From NCBI RefSeq assembly GCF_043950625.1, contig NZ_CP171007.1: a DNA stretch of 32,000 nt, one strand, 5' to 3'. Made by a program: the position numbers and the translations under genes. Positions 9,241 to 20,271 of this stretch are shown here, piece by piece. How positions within the stretch are numbered: position 1 is the first letter of the stretch; each line of letters starts with the position of its first letter. This stretch comes from Alkanindiges sp. WGS2144. Its GTDB lineage: Bacteria; Pseudomonadota; Gammaproteobacteria; Pseudomonadales; Moraxellaceae. Below the pieces are notes generated by a model. The model saw only the letters and a program-made list of their open reading frames with translations, was not told the origin of the DNA and searched no databases.

Positions 9241-9282
9241 GGCAATTGAAAATCAACCGCCCCATCAAATATGAGGGGGCGG
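9241..9282 (-). terminator. Possible terminator/attenuator hairpin between rpmJ and rpsM (spc/alpha operon junction)
   Basis: Minus strand: CCGCCCC-ctcatatttgat-GGGGCGG (9282-9257) followed by ttgattttcaatt. The 7-bp stem is all G:C, but the T-tract is interrupted. Confidence 0.45.
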
Positions 9283-9338
9283 ATAATAACGCAATTCACC
9301 TAGTGAAATCAACAGGTAAGTCAGTTTATATGAATAAA

Positions 9339-9455
9339 CTAGCCTTGACGCTGCTTGTGGCGAGGTTCTGCGCTACAAATTACGCGAATTACCCCATTAC
9401 GGCGGATCACTTTACAGTTACCGCAAATTTTTTTAACAGAAGCTTGAACTTTCAT
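9339..9455 (-). CDS. rpmJ: 50S ribosomal protein L36
   Basis: Not in the ORF track (38 aa). My translation of the minus strand is [38 protein letters not shown], with the CxxC...C...H zinc ribbon, in the canonical position after secY. Confidence 0.97.
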   Translation of the reverse strand: MKVQASVKKICGNCKVIRRNGVIRVICSAEPRHKQRQG

Positions 9456-9478
9456 GCTAAACAACCTTCTAGGCTAAA

Positions 9479-10852
9479 TCAGCCACCCTGCTTATTGAAT
9501 AAAGAAGGCGACTTTTTCATCAAGGACTGATTTTCATATTGATGTGAGGTCAAATGTGCTTGAAGCTGCGCCATAAAATCCATCACCACAACCACAACAA
9601 TGAGCAAAGAAGTACCCCCCAGATGGAAAGGAACATCAAATGCACTTTGTAATACCATAGGCATCAAACATACCACGGTAATGTAGATTGCCCCAATAAA
9701 AGTCAATCGATTGAGAATATGATCCAAATAGCGGGCAGTTTGGTCACCAGGGCGTATCCCGGGAACATAAGCACCACTACGTTTTAAATTTTCTGACACT
9801 TCTTTTGGACTAAATACCAGAGCGGTATAAAAATAACAAAAGAAGATAATCAAGCTGCCAAACAAGACCAGGTATAAAGGCTGACCAGGTGATAACACCA
9901 GTGCCATATCCTGCAAAAAGCGCTTAATAAAACCAGCATTCGGATCAGCACTACCTACCCACTGCCCCAGACTCGCCGGAAATAACAGCAGCGAGCTGGC
10001 AAAAATGGCCGGAATAACCCCTGCCATATTAATTTTTAGCGGCAAATGGGATTGCTGCGCAGTGAAAATCTTCCTGCCTTGCTGCTTTTGGGCATAGTTC
10101 ACTGGAATACGACGTTGGGCTTTTTCGATATAGACTACCGCAGCAACCACCGCAAGACTTAACAGACCTAACAGTAGCAGGCCAATCAAACTTCTTTGAC
10201 CCTGCTGCACCAGCTCAAACGATTGCAGAATTAGCCCTGGCATACCCGCCACAATCCCTGCAAAGATAATCATTGAAATACCATTCCCAATGCCGCGCTC
10301 AGTGATTTGTTCACCCAGCCACATCAGGAACATGGTACCTGCTACCAAGGAAGTTACCGCCGGAACATAAAAACTCAACCCAGTAGTCAGGGTAATCCCC
10401 TGACTTTGCAAACCGGCGCACATGCCGATCGCCTGTACCAAGCCCAGAAACAGAGTTCCCTGCCGGGTATACTGGTTAATTTTACGCTTTCCAGCTTCAC
10501 CTTCTTTTTTCAACGCTTCAAGTGAAGGCACTACAGAGGCCATCAACTGAACAATAATCGACGCAGAAATATAAGGCATGATGCCCAGCGCAAGAATTGA
10601 CATGCGCTCCAGGGCACCACCTGAGAACATATTGAACAAGCTAAGGATGGTATCTTTATTTTGTTCAAACAGCTGAGCCAAGCGCTCCGGATTAATTCCA
10701 GGAACTGGAATATGCGCACCCAAACGAAATACCAATAAGGCACCAAGCAAAAAAAGCATTCGCCGAATGATTTCCTGGTATCTCTGATGAAAAGCAGGAC
10801 CTTTTATTGCCCGTTGGACATTATCAATCGCTGAGTTTGGGGGCATCGCCAC
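9479..10852 (-). CDS. secY: preprotein translocase subunit SecY
   Basis: ...[15 protein letters not shown]..., [46 protein letters not shown] 10852 lies 8 nt after GAGGAG in the rplO end. ATG 10846 is an alternative start. Confidence 0.96.
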   Translation of the reverse strand: MAMPPNSAIDNVQRAIKGPAFHQRYQEIIRRMLFLLGALLVFRLGAHIPVPGINPERLAQLFEQNKDTILSLFNMFSGGALERMSILALGIMPYISASIIVQLMASVVPSLEALKKEGEAGKRKINQYTRQGTLFLGLVQAIGMCAGLQSQGITLTTGLSFYVPAVTSLVAGTMFLMWLGEQITERGIGNGISMIIFAGIVAGMPGLILQSFELVQQGQRSLIGLLLLGLLSLAVVAAVVYIEKAQRRIPVNYAQKQQGRKIFTAQQSHLPLKINMAGVIPAIFASSLLLFPASLGQWVGSADPNAGFIKRFLQDMALVLSPGQPLYLVLFGSLIIFFCYFYTALVFSPKEVSENLKRSGAYVPGIRPGDQTARYLDHILNRLTFIGAIYITVVCLMPMVLQSAFDVPFHLGGTSLLIVVVVVMDFMAQLQAHLTSHQYENQSLMKKSPSLFNKQGG

Positions 10853-10857
10853 GGAGC

Positions 10858-11298
10858 TTACTCCTCAACCTTGCCGCCAGCTGCTTCAATCGCAGCCTTA
10901 GCACCTTTGGTTAAAGCAACGCCTTGTATCGTAACTGCACGGCTGATTTCACCGGACAATACAATACGTGCACGCAGTTTATCCTGACGCACTACGTTAG
11001 CTTCTTTTAGGGTTTGCAGGCTAATGATATCGCCTTCAACCTTATTTAGCTCAGACAAGCGAACTTCAGCAGTTTTTAATGCCAACTGGCTGGTAAAGCC
11101 AAACTTGGGCAAACGACGGTAAATTGGCATCTGGCCGCCTTCAAAACCAGCACGAATACCACCGCCACTACGTGAGGTCTGACCCTTTACACCACGACCA
11201 CCGGTTTTACCTAGCCCGGAACCAATACCACGACCCAGACGGCGATGCTCGCGTTTTGCACCTTCAGCAGGAGCAAGCTCATTTAAACGCAAAGTCAT
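10858..11298 (-). CDS. rplO: 50S ribosomal protein L15
   Basis: [36 protein letters not shown]... Confidence 0.98.
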   Translation of the reverse strand: MTLRLNELAPAEGAKREHRRLGRGIGSGLGKTGGRGVKGQTSRSGGGIRAGFEGGQMPIYRRLPKFGFTSQLALKTAEVRLSELNKVEGDIISLQTLKEANVVRQDKLRARIVLSGEISRAVTIQGVALTKGAKAAIEAAGGKVEE

Positions 11299-11301
11299 GG
11301 C

Positions 11302-11478
11302 TTATTCCTCAACGTTTACCATAAAGTATACTTTATTGATCATGCCACGGTTGGAAGGCGTATCTTGCACTTCTACCGTATGACCAATGCGACGCAGACC
11401 TAAACCCTGCAAGCACAGCTTATGATTTTTCAAGCGACCTGCGGAGGATTTAGTCTGGGTAACCTTGATTGTTTTCAT
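11302..11478 (-). CDS. rpmD: 50S ribosomal protein L30
   Basis: Not in the ORF track (58 aa). My translation is [58 protein letters not shown], located between rpsE and rplO as expected. Confidence 0.96.
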   Translation of the reverse strand: MKTIKVTQTKSSAGRLKNHKLCLQGLGLRRIGHTVEVQDTPSNRGMINKVYFMVNVEE

Positions 11479-11484
11479 GTCAAA

Positions 11485-11982
11485 TTACCCTTGAATTTCT
11501 TCGACAGTCTTACCACGCTTCGCAGCAACTTTTTCTGGTGAGGTCATGTTTTTCAGACCCTTAAATGTTGCATACACCACATTGGTCGCATTGGTAGAAC
11601 CATAGCATTTTGCCAGTACGTTTTGGACACCAGCCACTTCCAGCACAGCACGCATCGCACCACCAGCGATTACACCAGTACCTTCAGAAGCAGGCTGCAT
11701 GAAAATACGGCTTGCGCCATGCTGGGAATGTACAGGATGCTGTAACGTCGTACCGTTCAGATCAACACTGATCATGTTGCGGCGTGCCGCTTCCAGTGCT
11801 TTTTGAATTGCAGCCGGAACTTCACGTGCCTTACCACGACCAAAACCGACACGACCATTTCCATCACCTACTACAGTTAATGCAGTAAAAGAGAAAATAC
11901 GACCACCTTTAACAACCTTGGCGACGCGGTCTACGGCGACTAGCCTTTCAACAAAGCCTTCGTTTTGTTCAACTTTTGCCAT
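11485..11982 (-). CDS. rpsE: 30S ribosomal protein S5
   Basis: ...[43 protein letters not shown]... Confidence 0.98.
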   Translation of the reverse strand: MAKVEQNEGFVERLVAVDRVAKVVKGGRIFSFTALTVVGDGNGRVGFGRGKAREVPAAIQKALEAARRNMISVDLNGTTLQHPVHSQHGASRIFMQPASEGTGVIAGGAMRAVLEVAGVQNVLAKCYGSTNATNVVYATFKGLKNMTSPEKVAAKRGKTVEEIQG

Positions 11983-11984
11983 AA

Positions 11985-12335
11985 TTAGAACTCCAGACCA
12001 CCTTCGCGAGCAGCATCAGCCAGGGCTTTAATGCGACCATGATATTTAAAACCAGAACGGTCGAATGCCACTTTGGTAATGCCAGCAGCTTTAGCGCGTT
12101 CAGCAATCAAAGCACCTACTTTGCCAGCAGCTTCGATATTGCCAGTAGCACCAGAGCGTAATTGCGCATCCAGAGTAGAGGCCTGAGCCAGTACCTTACC
12201 GCCTTCTGGGGAAATAATTTGAGCATAGATGTGACGCGGCGTGCGGTTAACACACAGACGAGTTACACCCAATGCACGAATGTGCAAGCGTGTGCTCTTG
12301 GCACGACGCAAACGGGATTGTTTCTTCTCGTTCAT
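11985..12335 (-). CDS. rplR: 50S ribosomal protein L18
   Basis: [20 protein letters not shown]...[28 protein letters not shown]. Confidence 0.98.
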   Translation of the reverse strand: MNEKKQSRLRRAKSTRLHIRALGVTRLCVNRTPRHIYAQIISPEGGKVLAQASTLDAQLRSGATGNIEAAGKVGALIAERAKAAGITKVAFDRSGFKYHGRIKALADAAREGGLEF

Positions 12336-12350
12336 ATAGAACCTCGTGCC

Positions 12351-12884
12351 TTATTTCTTCTTAGCTTCTTTACGAAGGATAACTTCATCCGAATAACGAA
12401 CACCTTTGCCTTTATAAGGCTCTGGTGGACGGAAAGCACGGATATTAGCAGCCACCTGGCCTAGAACCTGCTTGTCAATGGACTTGAGCAGAATTTCAGT
12501 TGGTGTTGGGGTTTCAGCAGTTACGCCTTCTGGCAGCTCAAAATCGATTGGATGAGAGAAGCCCAGGTTCAGGTTAACTACATTACCTTTAACTGTTGCC
12601 TTATAACCTACGCCAACCAGTTGCAGGCGACGTTCAAAGCCGTTGCTTACACCAGTAACCAGGTTATTTAAAATGGAACGAGCGGTACCCGCTTGCATCC
12701 AGCTATCTTGGTTATCATTCGCTGGAGCAATCAGTAATTTACCATCTTCCTGTTTTAGCTCGACCAGCGCATGCAGGTTGAAAGCCAGTGTACCTTTACT
12801 GCCTTTCACTTCGACCTGCTGGCCGTTCTGGGTTACTGTTACGCCAGCTGGCACAGTAACCGGGGCTTTAGCCACACGAGACAT
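12351..12884 (-). CDS. rplF: 50S ribosomal protein L6
   Basis: [15 protein letters not shown]...[11 protein letters not shown]. Confidence 0.98.
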   Translation of the reverse strand: MSRVAKAPVTVPAGVTVTQNGQQVEVKGSKGTLAFNLHALVELKQEDGKLLIAPANDNQDSWMQAGTARSILNNLVTGVSNGFERRLQLVGVGYKATVKGNVVNLNLGFSHPIDFELPEGVTAETPTPTEILLKSIDKQVLGQVAANIRAFRPPEPYKGKGVRYSDEVILRKEAKKK

Positions 12885-12897
12885 GAGGAATCACCTA

Positions 12898-13293
12898 TTA
12901 GGAAACAAAAGCAATCAGTTCACCACCAACGCCAGCAGCACGTGCAGCGCGGTCAGTCATGATGCCTTGACTAGTTGAAACAATGGCAATACCCAAACCT
13001 TGCTTAACACGCGGTAAGTCATTTTTGCCGCGATACTGACGCAGGCCTGGACGGCTTACACGTTTCACGGTTTCAATAACTGGCTTGCCTTCAAAATATT
13101 TGAGGGTTAGCGTTAATGTAGGTTTGCCATCATTGTCGGCAACCACAACATCAGCGATATAACCTTCAGCCTGAAGCACACCAGCAATGGCCTGCTTCAA
13201 TTTGGATTGTGGCATAGAAACAGTCGCTTTCTTTGCCATTTGTGCGTTACGAACACGGGTTAACATGTCGGCAACGGTATCTTGCATACTCAT
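12898..13293 (-). CDS. rpsH: 30S ribosomal protein S8
   Basis: [20 protein letters not shown]... Confidence 0.98.
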   Translation of the reverse strand: MSMQDTVADMLTRVRNAQMAKKATVSMPQSKLKQAIAGVLQAEGYIADVVVADNDGKPTLTLTLKYFEGKPVIETVKRVSRPGLRQYRGKNDLPRVKQGLGIAIVSTSQGIMTDRAARAAGVGGELIAFVS

Positions 13294-13304
13294 TTGGACG
13301 CTCC

Positions 13305-13610
13305 TTACCAGCTTGCCTTAACAACGCCAGGTACATCACCTTGCATAACCATTAAGCGTAACATGTTGCGGCTTAAACCGAACTTACGGAAATAGCCATG
13401 TGGACGGCCAGTTAAGCCACAACGATTACGCAAGCGCACTGGAGATGCGTTACGTGGCAGACCTTGCAACTTCAGCATTGCGTCCAGACGCTCTTCATCG
13501 CTTGCATTACCGTTAGCAATTGTTGCTTTCAGCTCTGCACGCTTGGCAGCATATTTGGCCACTGCTTTTTCGCGCTTTAATTCGCGATTAATCATGCTTT
13601 TCTTAGCCAT
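13305..13610 (-). CDS. rpsN: 30S ribosomal protein S14 (long, 101-aa form)
   Basis: [15 protein letters not shown]...[24 protein letters not shown]...W. Confidence 0.98.
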   Translation of the reverse strand: MAKKSMINRELKREKAVAKYAAKRAELKATIANGNASDEERLDAMLKLQGLPRNASPVRLRNRCGLTGRPHGYFRKFGLSRNMLRLMVMQGDVPGVVKASW

Positions 13611-13619
13611 ATTGACCTC

Positions 13620-14156
13620 TTATTTGAACGGGAAGCCAAACGCACGTAGTAGTGCACGGCCTTCGTCGTCGGTGCGGGCAGTCGTAGTGATGGTAATATC
13701 CAAGCCACGAATACGATCAATTTTGTCGAACTCAATTTCGGGGAACACGATCTGCTCTTTTAAACCCATTGAGTAGTTTCCACGACCATCAAAAGACTTG
13801 GGCGAAAAACCACGGAAGTCACGAATACGAGGAATCGCAATAGAGATCAGGCGATCCAGAAATTCGTACATCTGATCACCACGCAGGGTCACTTTACAGC
13901 CAATAGGCCAGCCATCACGGATTTTAAAGCCCGCAATAGAATTACGTGCAAGCGTAACTACAGGTTTTTGACCAGCAATTAACTGCATGTCAGCCAATGC
14001 ACCTTCCAGTAATTTCTTGTCCTGGGCAGCGCCACCAACACCCATATTCAGGGTGACTTTGGTAATGCGAGGAATTTCCATCACATTCTTTAAGCCCAGT
14101 TGCTCTTGCAACTTGGCTTTAAGTTCTTCGTTATAACGTGTTTTAAGTCTGGCCAT
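13620..14156 (-). CDS. rplE: 50S ribosomal protein L5
   Basis: [16 protein letters not shown]...[10 protein letters not shown]-type core ([15 protein letters not shown]). Confidence 0.98.
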   Translation of the reverse strand: MARLKTRYNEELKAKLQEQLGLKNVMEIPRITKVTLNMGVGGAAQDKKLLEGALADMQLIAGQKPVVTLARNSIAGFKIRDGWPIGCKVTLRGDQMYEFLDRLISIAIPRIRDFRGFSPKSFDGRGNYSMGLKEQIVFPEIEFDKIDRIRGLDITITTTARTDDEGRALLRAFGFPFK

Positions 14157-14167
14157 TGCCTATCAAC

Positions 14168-14491
14168 CTATGACGATGCTGCCGCCACTGGTTCACCATT
14201 TGACTTATAAACACGGGTTTTAACGCCGCTTTCATCAATCTGGTAACCAACACGGTCAGCCTTTTGGGTTGTAGCGTTAAAAATCGCCACGTTAGAGATA
14301 TGAAGCGCAGCTTCCTGAGTAATAATGCCGCCTTCAGCGCCAGTTACTTGGTTGGCTTTTTTGTGCTTCTTCACCAGGTTAAGGCCTTCCACCTTAACGC
14401 GGTCACCTGTTACAGACAGAACAGTGCCCTGTTTGCCTTTTTCCTTACCTGCGATCACGATAACCTGATCGCCTTTTTTGATCTTCGCCAT
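14168..14491 (-). CDS. rplX: 50S ribosomal protein L24
   Basis: [27 protein letters not shown]... Confidence 0.98.
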   Translation of the reverse strand: MAKIKKGDQVIVIAGKEKGKQGTVLSVTGDRVKVEGLNLVKKHKKANQVTGAEGGIITQEAALHISNVAIFNATTQKADRVGYQIDESGVKTRVYKSNGEPVAAASS

Positions 14492-14500
14492 GACTGCCTC

Positions 14501-14869
14501 TTACAGAACTTCTGGTGCCAGTGAGATGATCTTCATGAACTGTTCTGTACGCAGCTCACGAGTAACTGGCCCGAAAATACGGGTGGCAATCGGTGCCTTG
14601 TTGTTGTTTAACAACACGGCCGCATTGTCGTCAAAACGGATCAAAGAACCGTCCGGACGGCGAATACCGAATTTTGTACGAACGACAACCGCGTTCATTA
14701 CATCGCCTTTTTTGACGCGACCACGTGGAATTGCTTCCTTTACGGTCACTTTGATAATGTCGCCAACGGAAGCGTAACGACGATGCGAGCCGCCCAGTAC
14801 TTTAATACACTGAACACGGCGAGCGCCGCTGTTGTCTGCTACGTCGAGCATCGTTTCGGTTTGAATCAT
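14501..14869 (-). CDS. rplN: 50S ribosomal protein L14
   Basis: [27 protein letters not shown]... gives the canonical 122 aa, with ATG 14869 lying 7 nt after GGAG. The ORF-track 133-aa version adds an unsupported N-terminal extension. Confidence 0.97.
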   Translation of the reverse strand: MIQTETMLDVADNSGARRVQCIKVLGGSHRRYASVGDIIKVTVKEAIPRGRVKKGDVMNAVVVRTKFGIRRPDGSLIRFDDNAAVLLNNNKAPIATRIFGPVTRELRTEQFMKIISLAPEVL

Positions 14870-14891
14870 TGCCCTACTCCACAACCGAGCA

Positions 14892-14940
14892 TCATCGGTC
14901 AATTCGAAAGGCGCAAATGCTACCCGAATTTAACCGATGA
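14892..14940 (-). promoter_or_regulatory. Large imperfect hairpin in the rpsQ-rplN spacer (S10/spc operon junction)
   Basis: Minus strand: TCATCGGTTAAATTCG-(18-nt loop)-CGAATTGACCGATGA. This gives about 15 paired positions (one G:U) with one bulged A. No T-tract follows, so it is not a canonical intrinsic terminator. Confidence 0.5.
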
Positions 14941-14951
14941 TGCAATAAAAA

Positions 14952-15215
14952 CTAGTTTTGCCCAGCTGCCTCTACAACTTCAACCAGAGTCCATGACTTG
15001 GTCTTAGAAATAGGACGGCTTTCTTTGATGGTCACGATATCGCCAATTTTGGCTACATTGTTCTCATCATGGGCGTGGAACTTGGTGGAACGGCGAATCA
15101 TTTTGCCGTACACAGGATGCTGAACCCGGCGTTCGATCAGCACAACAATGGATTTTTCCATTTTGTCACTAACGACTTTACCAGTCAGCGTGCGTTGGGT
15201 ACTTTGTTCGCTCAT
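14952..15215 (-). CDS. rpsQ: 30S ribosomal protein S17
   Basis: [38 protein letters not shown]... Confidence 0.98.
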   Translation of the reverse strand: MSEQSTQRTLTGKVVSDKMEKSIVVLIERRVQHPVYGKMIRRSTKFHAHDENNVAKIGDIVTIKESRPISKTKSWTLVEVVEAAGQN

Positions 15216-15409
15216 TGTCCGTTCCCCTGTTTCTCGGTGAGGAGAGTTTTAATGCGCGCAATTGAACGACGGGTTTCTTTCACTTCGTGAGTTTTACCCA
15301 GCTGTCCAGTTGCTTTCGCCATGCGTAGACGAAATTGATTCAGTTGTTGCTCATCAAGTGCAGCATTCAACTCTTCAACCGATTTTTCACGTAAATCTTT
15401 GGTATTCAT
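15212..15409 (-). CDS. rpmC: 50S ribosomal protein L29
   Basis: [18 protein letters not shown]...; 4-nt overlap with rpsQ and a TAATG overlap with rplP. Confidence 0.98.
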   Translation of the reverse strand: MNTKDLREKSVEELNAALDEQQLNQFRLRMAKATGQLGKTHEVKETRRSIARIKTLLTEKQGNGQ

Positions 15410-15822
15410 TACATTACCGTCCGAGTCACAATAGTGGTTTTGAACGGAAGCTTGGCTGCTGCACGTGTAAACGCTTCACGAGCCAGTTCTTCTGAAACCC
15501 CTTCCATTTCGTACAGGATCTTACCTGGCTGAATCTCAGCAACCCAGTACTCCACGTTACCTTTACCATTACCCATACGAACTTCTAATGGCTTTTCAGT
15601 AATTGGCTTGTCCGGAAATACACGAATCCAGATTTTACCACCACGTTTTACACGGCGGTTAATGGCACGACGTGCTGCTTCGATCTGACGAGCAGTGATA
15701 CGACCACGCTCAACAGATTTAAGCGCAATGGTACCAAATGCTACAGTACTTCCACGGTGAGCAAGGCCAGTGTTACGACCTTTGTGCACCTTGCGGAATT
15801 TGGTACGTTTTGGCTGCAACAT
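15409..15822 (-). CDS. rplP: 50S ribosomal protein L16
   Basis: [21 protein letters not shown]... Confidence 0.98.
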   Translation of the reverse strand: MLQPKRTKFRKVHKGRNTGLAHRGSTVAFGTIALKSVERGRITARQIEAARRAINRRVKRGGKIWIRVFPDKPITEKPLEVRMGNGKGNVEYWVAEIQPGKILYEMEGVSEELAREAFTRAAAKLPFKTTIVTRTVM

Positions 15823-15825
15823 GGA

Positions 15826-16599
15826 TTATTCTCCCTTGTCTTGCGTAGCACGGTCAGTCTGGCGACCACGGCCTTCACCGCGACCACGACGTTCCTGACC
15901 ATCACTACGACCGCGACCACGCTTGGCTGGACGCTCATCGCTTGGCGCTGGATTTAATACCTGGCGCATACCGCCCAGAATCTCACCACGGAAGATCCAT
16001 ACTTTAACGCCAATGGTACCGTAAGTGGTTTCAGCACGCATGGTTGCATAGTCAATGTCGGCACGTAAGGTATGTAATGGCACACGGCCTTCACGATACC
16101 ATTCGGTACGGGCAATCTCTGCACCACCTAAACGGCCAGATACTTCTACCTTAATGCCTTTGGCACCAGCACGCATGGAGTTCTGTACAGCACGTTTCAT
16201 AGCGCGGCGGAACATCACACGTTTTTCCAGCTGGGAAGCAATGCTTTCTGCAACCAGACGGGCATCAAGATCAGGCTTATCAATTTCATTGATACTTACT
16301 TGCGCCGGCACACCCATGATGGTGGTCAGTTCGCGCTGCAGTTTTTCAATGTCTTCGCCTTTTTTACCGATCACAATACCAGGACGAGCAGTGCTAATAG
16401 TTACTTTGGCAGCACCAGTAGGACGCTCAATCAGGATATTGCTCACCATGGCAGATTTTAGTTTCTTGTGTAAGAAATCACGAACCTGCAAATCTTTGAG
16501 CAAGTAATCAGCATAGTTTTTTGGGTTGGCATACCAGTTGGCGTTATGACGCTTCACTACACCAAGGCGGATGCCGATTGGATTAACCTTCTGACCCAT
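15826..16599 (-). CDS. rpsC: 30S ribosomal protein S3 (with an Arg/Gly-rich C-terminal tail)
   Basis: [24 protein letters not shown]...; tail [34 protein letters not shown]. Confidence 0.98.
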   Translation of the reverse strand: MGQKVNPIGIRLGVVKRHNANWYANPKNYADYLLKDLQVRDFLHKKLKSAMVSNILIERPTGAAKVTISTARPGIVIGKKGEDIEKLQRELTTIMGVPAQVSINEIDKPDLDARLVAESIASQLEKRVMFRRAMKRAVQNSMRAGAKGIKVEVSGRLGGAEIARTEWYREGRVPLHTLRADIDYATMRAETTYGTIGVKVWIFRGEILGGMRQVLNPAPSDERPAKRGRGRSDGQERRGRGEGRGRQTDRATQDKGE

Positions 16600-16600
16600 A

Positions 16601-16930
16601 TCAAACTCCTACCTTAACAGTGATGTGACAGGTACGCTTGCTGATGCGATCTGCACGACCTTTAGCACGTGGTTGAATACGCTTTAAGGTAATGCCTTCA
16701 TCTACATAAATGGTAGATACTTTTAGATCATCAACATCCAAGCTATTGTTATGTTCTGCGTTGGCAATTGCAGATTCCAGTGCTTTTTTCACCAGAACGG
16801 CTGCTTTTTTATTGCTGAATGACAGAATCTCCAGTGCGCGTCCAACCGGCTTGCCACGAACCAGGTCAGCGACCAGGCGAGCTTTTTGGGCCGAGATGGC
16901 CGCACCGCGTAATTTAGCAGTTACTTCCAT
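16601..16930 (-). CDS. rplV: 50S ribosomal protein L22
   Basis: [27 protein letters not shown]... Confidence 0.98.
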   Translation of the reverse strand: MEVTAKLRGAAISAQKARLVADLVRGKPVGRALEILSFSNKKAAVLVKKALESAIANAEHNNSLDVDDLKVSTIYVDEGITLKRIQPRAKGRADRISKRTCHITVKVGV

Positions 16931-16939
16931 TTTGACACC

Positions 16940-17215
16940 TTACCGTTTGGACTTCTTGTCAACACCGTGACCACGATAGGTACGGGTTGGCGCAAATTCA
17001 CCGAGTTTATGTCCAACCATGTGTTCAGTGATAATCACAGGAACATGGTTACGACCATTGTGGACAGAGATGGTTAGACCAACAAAGTCCGGCAGAATCA
17101 TCGAGCGACGTGACCAGGTCTTGATCGGCTTGCGAGAGTTGGCAGCAACAGCAGCTTCGACTTTGGCAAACAGATGCGCATCGACGAACGGGCCTTTTTT
17201 CAGAGAACGAGGCAT
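16940..17215 (-). CDS. rpsS: 30S ribosomal protein S19
   Basis: [15 protein letters not shown]...[16 protein letters not shown]. Confidence 0.98.
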   Translation of the reverse strand: MPRSLKKGPFVDAHLFAKVEAAVAANSRKPIKTWSRRSMILPDFVGLTISVHNGRNHVPVIITEHMVGHKLGEFAPTRTYRGHGVDKKSKR

Positions 17216-17226
17216 ATTCTAATTCC

Positions 17227-18051
17227 TTACTTGACGCGACGATCACGAATGATCATGTTAGTCGTACGCTTGTTGCTACGAGTCTTATAACCCTTGGTCT
17301 TTTGACCCCAAGGTGTTACTGGATGCATACCCTTGTTGCGGCCTTCACCACCACCATGTGGATGGTCAACCGGGTTCATGGCCATACCGCGAACGGTAGG
17401 ACGAACACCACGCCAGCGGCTTGCACCTGCTTTACCCAGTGAACGCAGGTTATTTTCCGTGTTGGAAACTTCACCTAAAACAGCACGACACTCGATATGC
17501 ACCTTGCGCATTTCGCCAGAACGCAAACGAAGAATTGCGTAGCTACCGTCACGACCCAATAGCTGAACAGAAGTACCGGCAGAACGTGCTAACTGAGCAC
17601 CTTTACCGATTTTCAGCTCCAGGTTATGCAAAGTTGCACCAATTGGCATGTTGCGCAGTGGCAAACAGTTACCAGTACGGATTGGTGCATCGTTACCTGA
17701 CTGTACAGTATCGCCAACGCTCAGGCCTTTAGGGGCAATGATATAGCGACGCTCACCATCAGCATACTTTAACAGTGCAATGTGGGCGGTACGGTTAGGG
17801 TCGTATTCAATACGCTCAACGGTAGCAGGAATGCCATCTTTGGTACGTTTGAAGTCAATAATACGGTACTGTTGTTTATGACCACCGCCAACATGACGGG
17901 TAGTGATATGACCGTTATTATTACGACCACCAGTTCTTTTCTTACTTTCAACCAGAGACGCTAAAGGGCGGCCTTTGAACAGATGTGGATGAACCACTTT
18001 CTCTACAAAGCGACGTCCTGGAGACGTTGGTTTACATTTTTGAATTGGCAT
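17227..18051 (-). CDS. rplB: 50S ribosomal protein L2
   Basis: [15 protein letters not shown]...[14 protein letters not shown]. Confidence 0.98.
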   Translation of the reverse strand: MPIQKCKPTSPGRRFVEKVVHPHLFKGRPLASLVESKKRTGGRNNNGHITTRHVGGGHKQQYRIIDFKRTKDGIPATVERIEYDPNRTAHIALLKYADGERRYIIAPKGLSVGDTVQSGNDAPIRTGNCLPLRNMPIGATLHNLELKIGKGAQLARSAGTSVQLLGRDGSYAILRLRSGEMRKVHIECRAVLGEVSNTENNLRSLGKAGASRWRGVRPTVRGMAMNPVDHPHGGGEGRNKGMHPVTPWGQKTKGYKTRSNKRTTNMIIRDRRVK

Positions 18052-18062
18052 AGTTTTCGTCC

Positions 18063-18383
18063 TTACTCCGCTGTGCTCTCAGCGGTATCGCCCAAGTCAG
18101 CCATTTGAACATCCTGGCCAGCTTTCAGGGTGACGTATGCTTTTTTTACATCGGAACGACGTCCCAATGTACGACCAAAGCGCTTAGTTTTACCTTTCTG
18201 GTTCAAAGTATTTACTTTCAACACTTCAACACCAAACAGTTTTTCAACCGCTTTTTTGATTTCAAGCTTGGTGGCATTGGCGTCAACTTTAAATACTTGA
18301 ACACCCAGACTGTCACCCAGTACTTGAGCTTTTTCTGAATAGTGTGGCCCTTTTAGGACTTGATAAATGCGTGCGTTATTCAT
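18063..18383 (-). CDS. rplW: 50S ribosomal protein L23
   Basis: ...[14 protein letters not shown]...; follows rplD with a 4-nt overlap. Confidence 0.97.
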   Translation of the reverse strand: MNNARIYQVLKGPHYSEKAQVLGDSLGVQVFKVDANATKLEIKKAVEKLFGVEVLKVNTLNQKGKTKRFGRTLGRRSDVKKAYVTLKAGQDVQMADLGDTAESTAE

Positions 18384-18982
18384 CCTAGTTCTACCTCAAG
18401 CTTTTTGGCAGCGTTTACGGACATCACCACTTTATCAAATGCAATCAGGCTTACCGGATCAACTGCGGTTGCATCAACCACGTCAACATGCGGCAGGTTA
18501 CGTGCAGCCAGATACAGATTTTCATCTACGGCATCAGTAACGATTAACGCACGGGTTGCATTCAAGTCACTTAGTTTACCAAGCAATTCTTTGGTTTTAG
18601 GTGCCGATACAGCAATATCTTCAACCAGTACCAAACGCTCCTGACGAACCAGCTCAGCCAGGATACATTGCATCGCGCCGCGATACATTTTGCGGTTAAC
18701 TTTTTGTGACCAGTCCTGTGGACGGGCTGCAAATGTTTTACCACCACCACGCCAGATTGGGCTGCGAATAGAACCCGCACGTGCGCGACCAGTACCTTTT
18801 TGTCTAAAGGGTTTTTTACCGCCGCCAGAAACTTCAGCACGAGATTTTTGTGCTTTGGAGCCTTGGCGAGTACCTGCTAGATAAGCAGTGACTACTTGGT
18901 GTACCAAGGCTTCATTGAATTCTCTGCCGAAGGCAACGTCGGACAGCTCAACGGCTGTACCAGAAACAGTCTTCAGATTCAC
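18380..18982 (-). CDS. rplD: 50S ribosomal protein L4
   Basis: ...[29 protein letters not shown]... Confidence 0.98.
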   Translation of the reverse strand: MNLKTVSGTAVELSDVAFGREFNEALVHQVVTAYLAGTRQGSKAQKSRAEVSGGGKKPFRQKGTGRARAGSIRSPIWRGGGKTFAARPQDWSQKVNRKMYRGAMQCILAELVRQERLVLVEDIAVSAPKTKELLGKLSDLNATRALIVTDAVDENLYLAARNLPHVDVVDATAVDPVSLIAFDKVVMSVNAAKKLEVELG

Positions 18983-18993
18983 GTTAATATCCC

Positions 18994-19632
18994 TCAGGCC
19001 TTGATGGTCGGACGAACGATCACGTCGCCGCCAATCGAACCGGGTACAGCACCTTTAACCACCAGAACAGAACGTTCTGTGTCAACAGATACCACTTCAA
19101 GACCTTGCACGGTTACACGCTCGTCACCCATGTGTCCGGCCATTTTCTTGCCTTTGAACACGCGACCAGGTGTTTGGTTTTGACCAGTAGAACCATGAAC
19201 ACGGTGAGAAACCGAGTTACCATGAGTTGCATCCTGAGTGCGGAAGTTCCAGCGCTTAACACCACCCTGGAAGCCTTTACCTTTGCTCTGACCAGTAACG
19301 TCAACGATCTGACCTACTGCGAACACGTCCACACCGATAGTCCCACCAACTTCGCGACCTTCAAGGTCTGCTTCATTAACGCGAAACTCTCTCACAACAC
19401 GGCCAGCAGCAACGCCAGCTTTGGCAAAATGACCTTTCTGGGCATTGGTAACGCGAGATTCGCGACGTGCACCAGTGGTCACCTGAACAGCCTGGTAGCC
19501 ATCAGTTTCCAGTGTTTTGATTTGAGTGATACGGTTTGGATCGACTTCGATCACCGTGACTGGCACGGAGACGCCGGCTTCTGTGAAGATACGGGTCATA
19601 CCGCACTTACGACCGACTAGACCAATAGCCAT
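18994..19632 (-). CDS. rplC: 50S ribosomal protein L3
   Basis: [30 protein letters not shown]... Confidence 0.98.
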   Translation of the reverse strand: MAIGLVGRKCGMTRIFTEAGVSVPVTVIEVDPNRITQIKTLETDGYQAVQVTTGARRESRVTNAQKGHFAKAGVAAGRVVREFRVNEADLEGREVGGTIGVDVFAVGQIVDVTGQSKGKGFQGGVKRWNFRTQDATHGNSVSHRVHGSTGQNQTPGRVFKGKKMAGHMGDERVTVQGLEVVSVDTERSVLVVKGAVPGSIGGDVIVRPTIKA

Positions 19633-19736
19633 TTGTTTAACCTCTTAAAAAGCGGCTTGTTGTGTCGTTCCTGCCTGTTGGCATTGACGTCATCAACTTA
19701 CCGAAAGCCTTAACCTTGCACTATTTCAGCCTGTTA

Positions 19737-20048
19737 TTAGCCTAGTGCGATCTGTACATCAACACCCGCCGCCAGATCAAGTTTCATTAACGCATCCACG
19801 GTTTTGTCCGTTGGCTGCACAATGTCAACCATACGTTTGTGGGTGCGAATTTCATACTGATCACGCGCGTCTTTGTTAACGTGCGGGGAAGTCAGAACGT
19901 TAAAGCGTTCGATGCGAGTAGGCATCGGAATCGGGCCGCAAACTTGCGCACCAGTGCGCTTAGCGGTCTCTACGATCTCCTGGGCGGACTGATCAATCAG
20001 ACGATGATCAAACGACTTCAGGCGGATACGGATTCTCTGGTTAGCCAT
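19737..20048 (-). CDS. rpsJ: 30S ribosomal protein S10
   Basis: [36 protein letters not shown]... Confidence 0.98.
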   Translation of the reverse strand: MANQRIRIRLKSFDHRLIDQSAQEIVETAKRTGAQVCGPIPMPTRIERFNVLTSPHVNKDARDQYEIRTHKRMVDIVQPTDKTVDALMKLDLAAGVDVQIALG

Positions 20049-20226
20049 ACCAGTTACTCCAAGCCAAATAATAAAGAATCACCTCTGACGCGCCTCTATC
20101 GCTTAAAGCGGGAGGGTCAAAGGCAGTGAAAATCACTAAGGTTGAGAACGATGCCCCAACTGTCACGACGGTGTTTGCTCAGCAAACACAGCACTTCAAG
20201 CAATACAGATTTCTCGAAGGCTGGCT
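20049..20226 (-). promoter_or_regulatory. Putative S10-operon 5' leader (~170 nt) containing a 9-bp-arm palindrome (20171-20189)
   Basis: This is the interval between the predicted -10 element and the rpsJ ATG. GTGTTTGCT-c-AGCAAACAC was read directly, and there are further short self-complementary segments around 20085-20120. Confidence 0.4.
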
Positions 20227-20255
20227 ATTGTAGGGAGAAAATGGTTTAAAAGCAA
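20227..20255 (-). promoter_or_regulatory. Candidate sigma70 promoter of the S10 operon
   Basis: Minus strand: TTGCTT (20255-20250), 17-nt spacer, TACAAT (20232-20227), located 16 nt after the stop of the upstream amidotransferase gene. Confidence 0.5.
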
Positions 20256-20271
20256 GCAATACTTGGGCGTG

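Noticed and set aside
9174-9530. Plus-strand 118-aa ORF spanning the rpsM-secY junction
   Set aside because: It runs antisense across rpmJ (L36), which translates perfectly on the minus strand, so it is spurious.
6965-19620. Many plus-strand ORFs of 60-170 aa inside the ribosomal cluster (e.g. 16055-16507, 19105-19620, 12643-12978, 14478-14777, 18360-18644)
   Set aside because: They are antisense shadow ORFs lying entirely within strongly supported minus-strand ribosomal genes. Their proteins are low-complexity (Ser/Thr/Arg-rich) with no start signals.
19685-19692. Perfect 8-bp palindrome TGACGTCA in the rpsJ-rplC spacer
   Set aside because: A single 8-bp palindrome is expected by chance in this amount of sequence, and it has no flanking symmetry or second copy.
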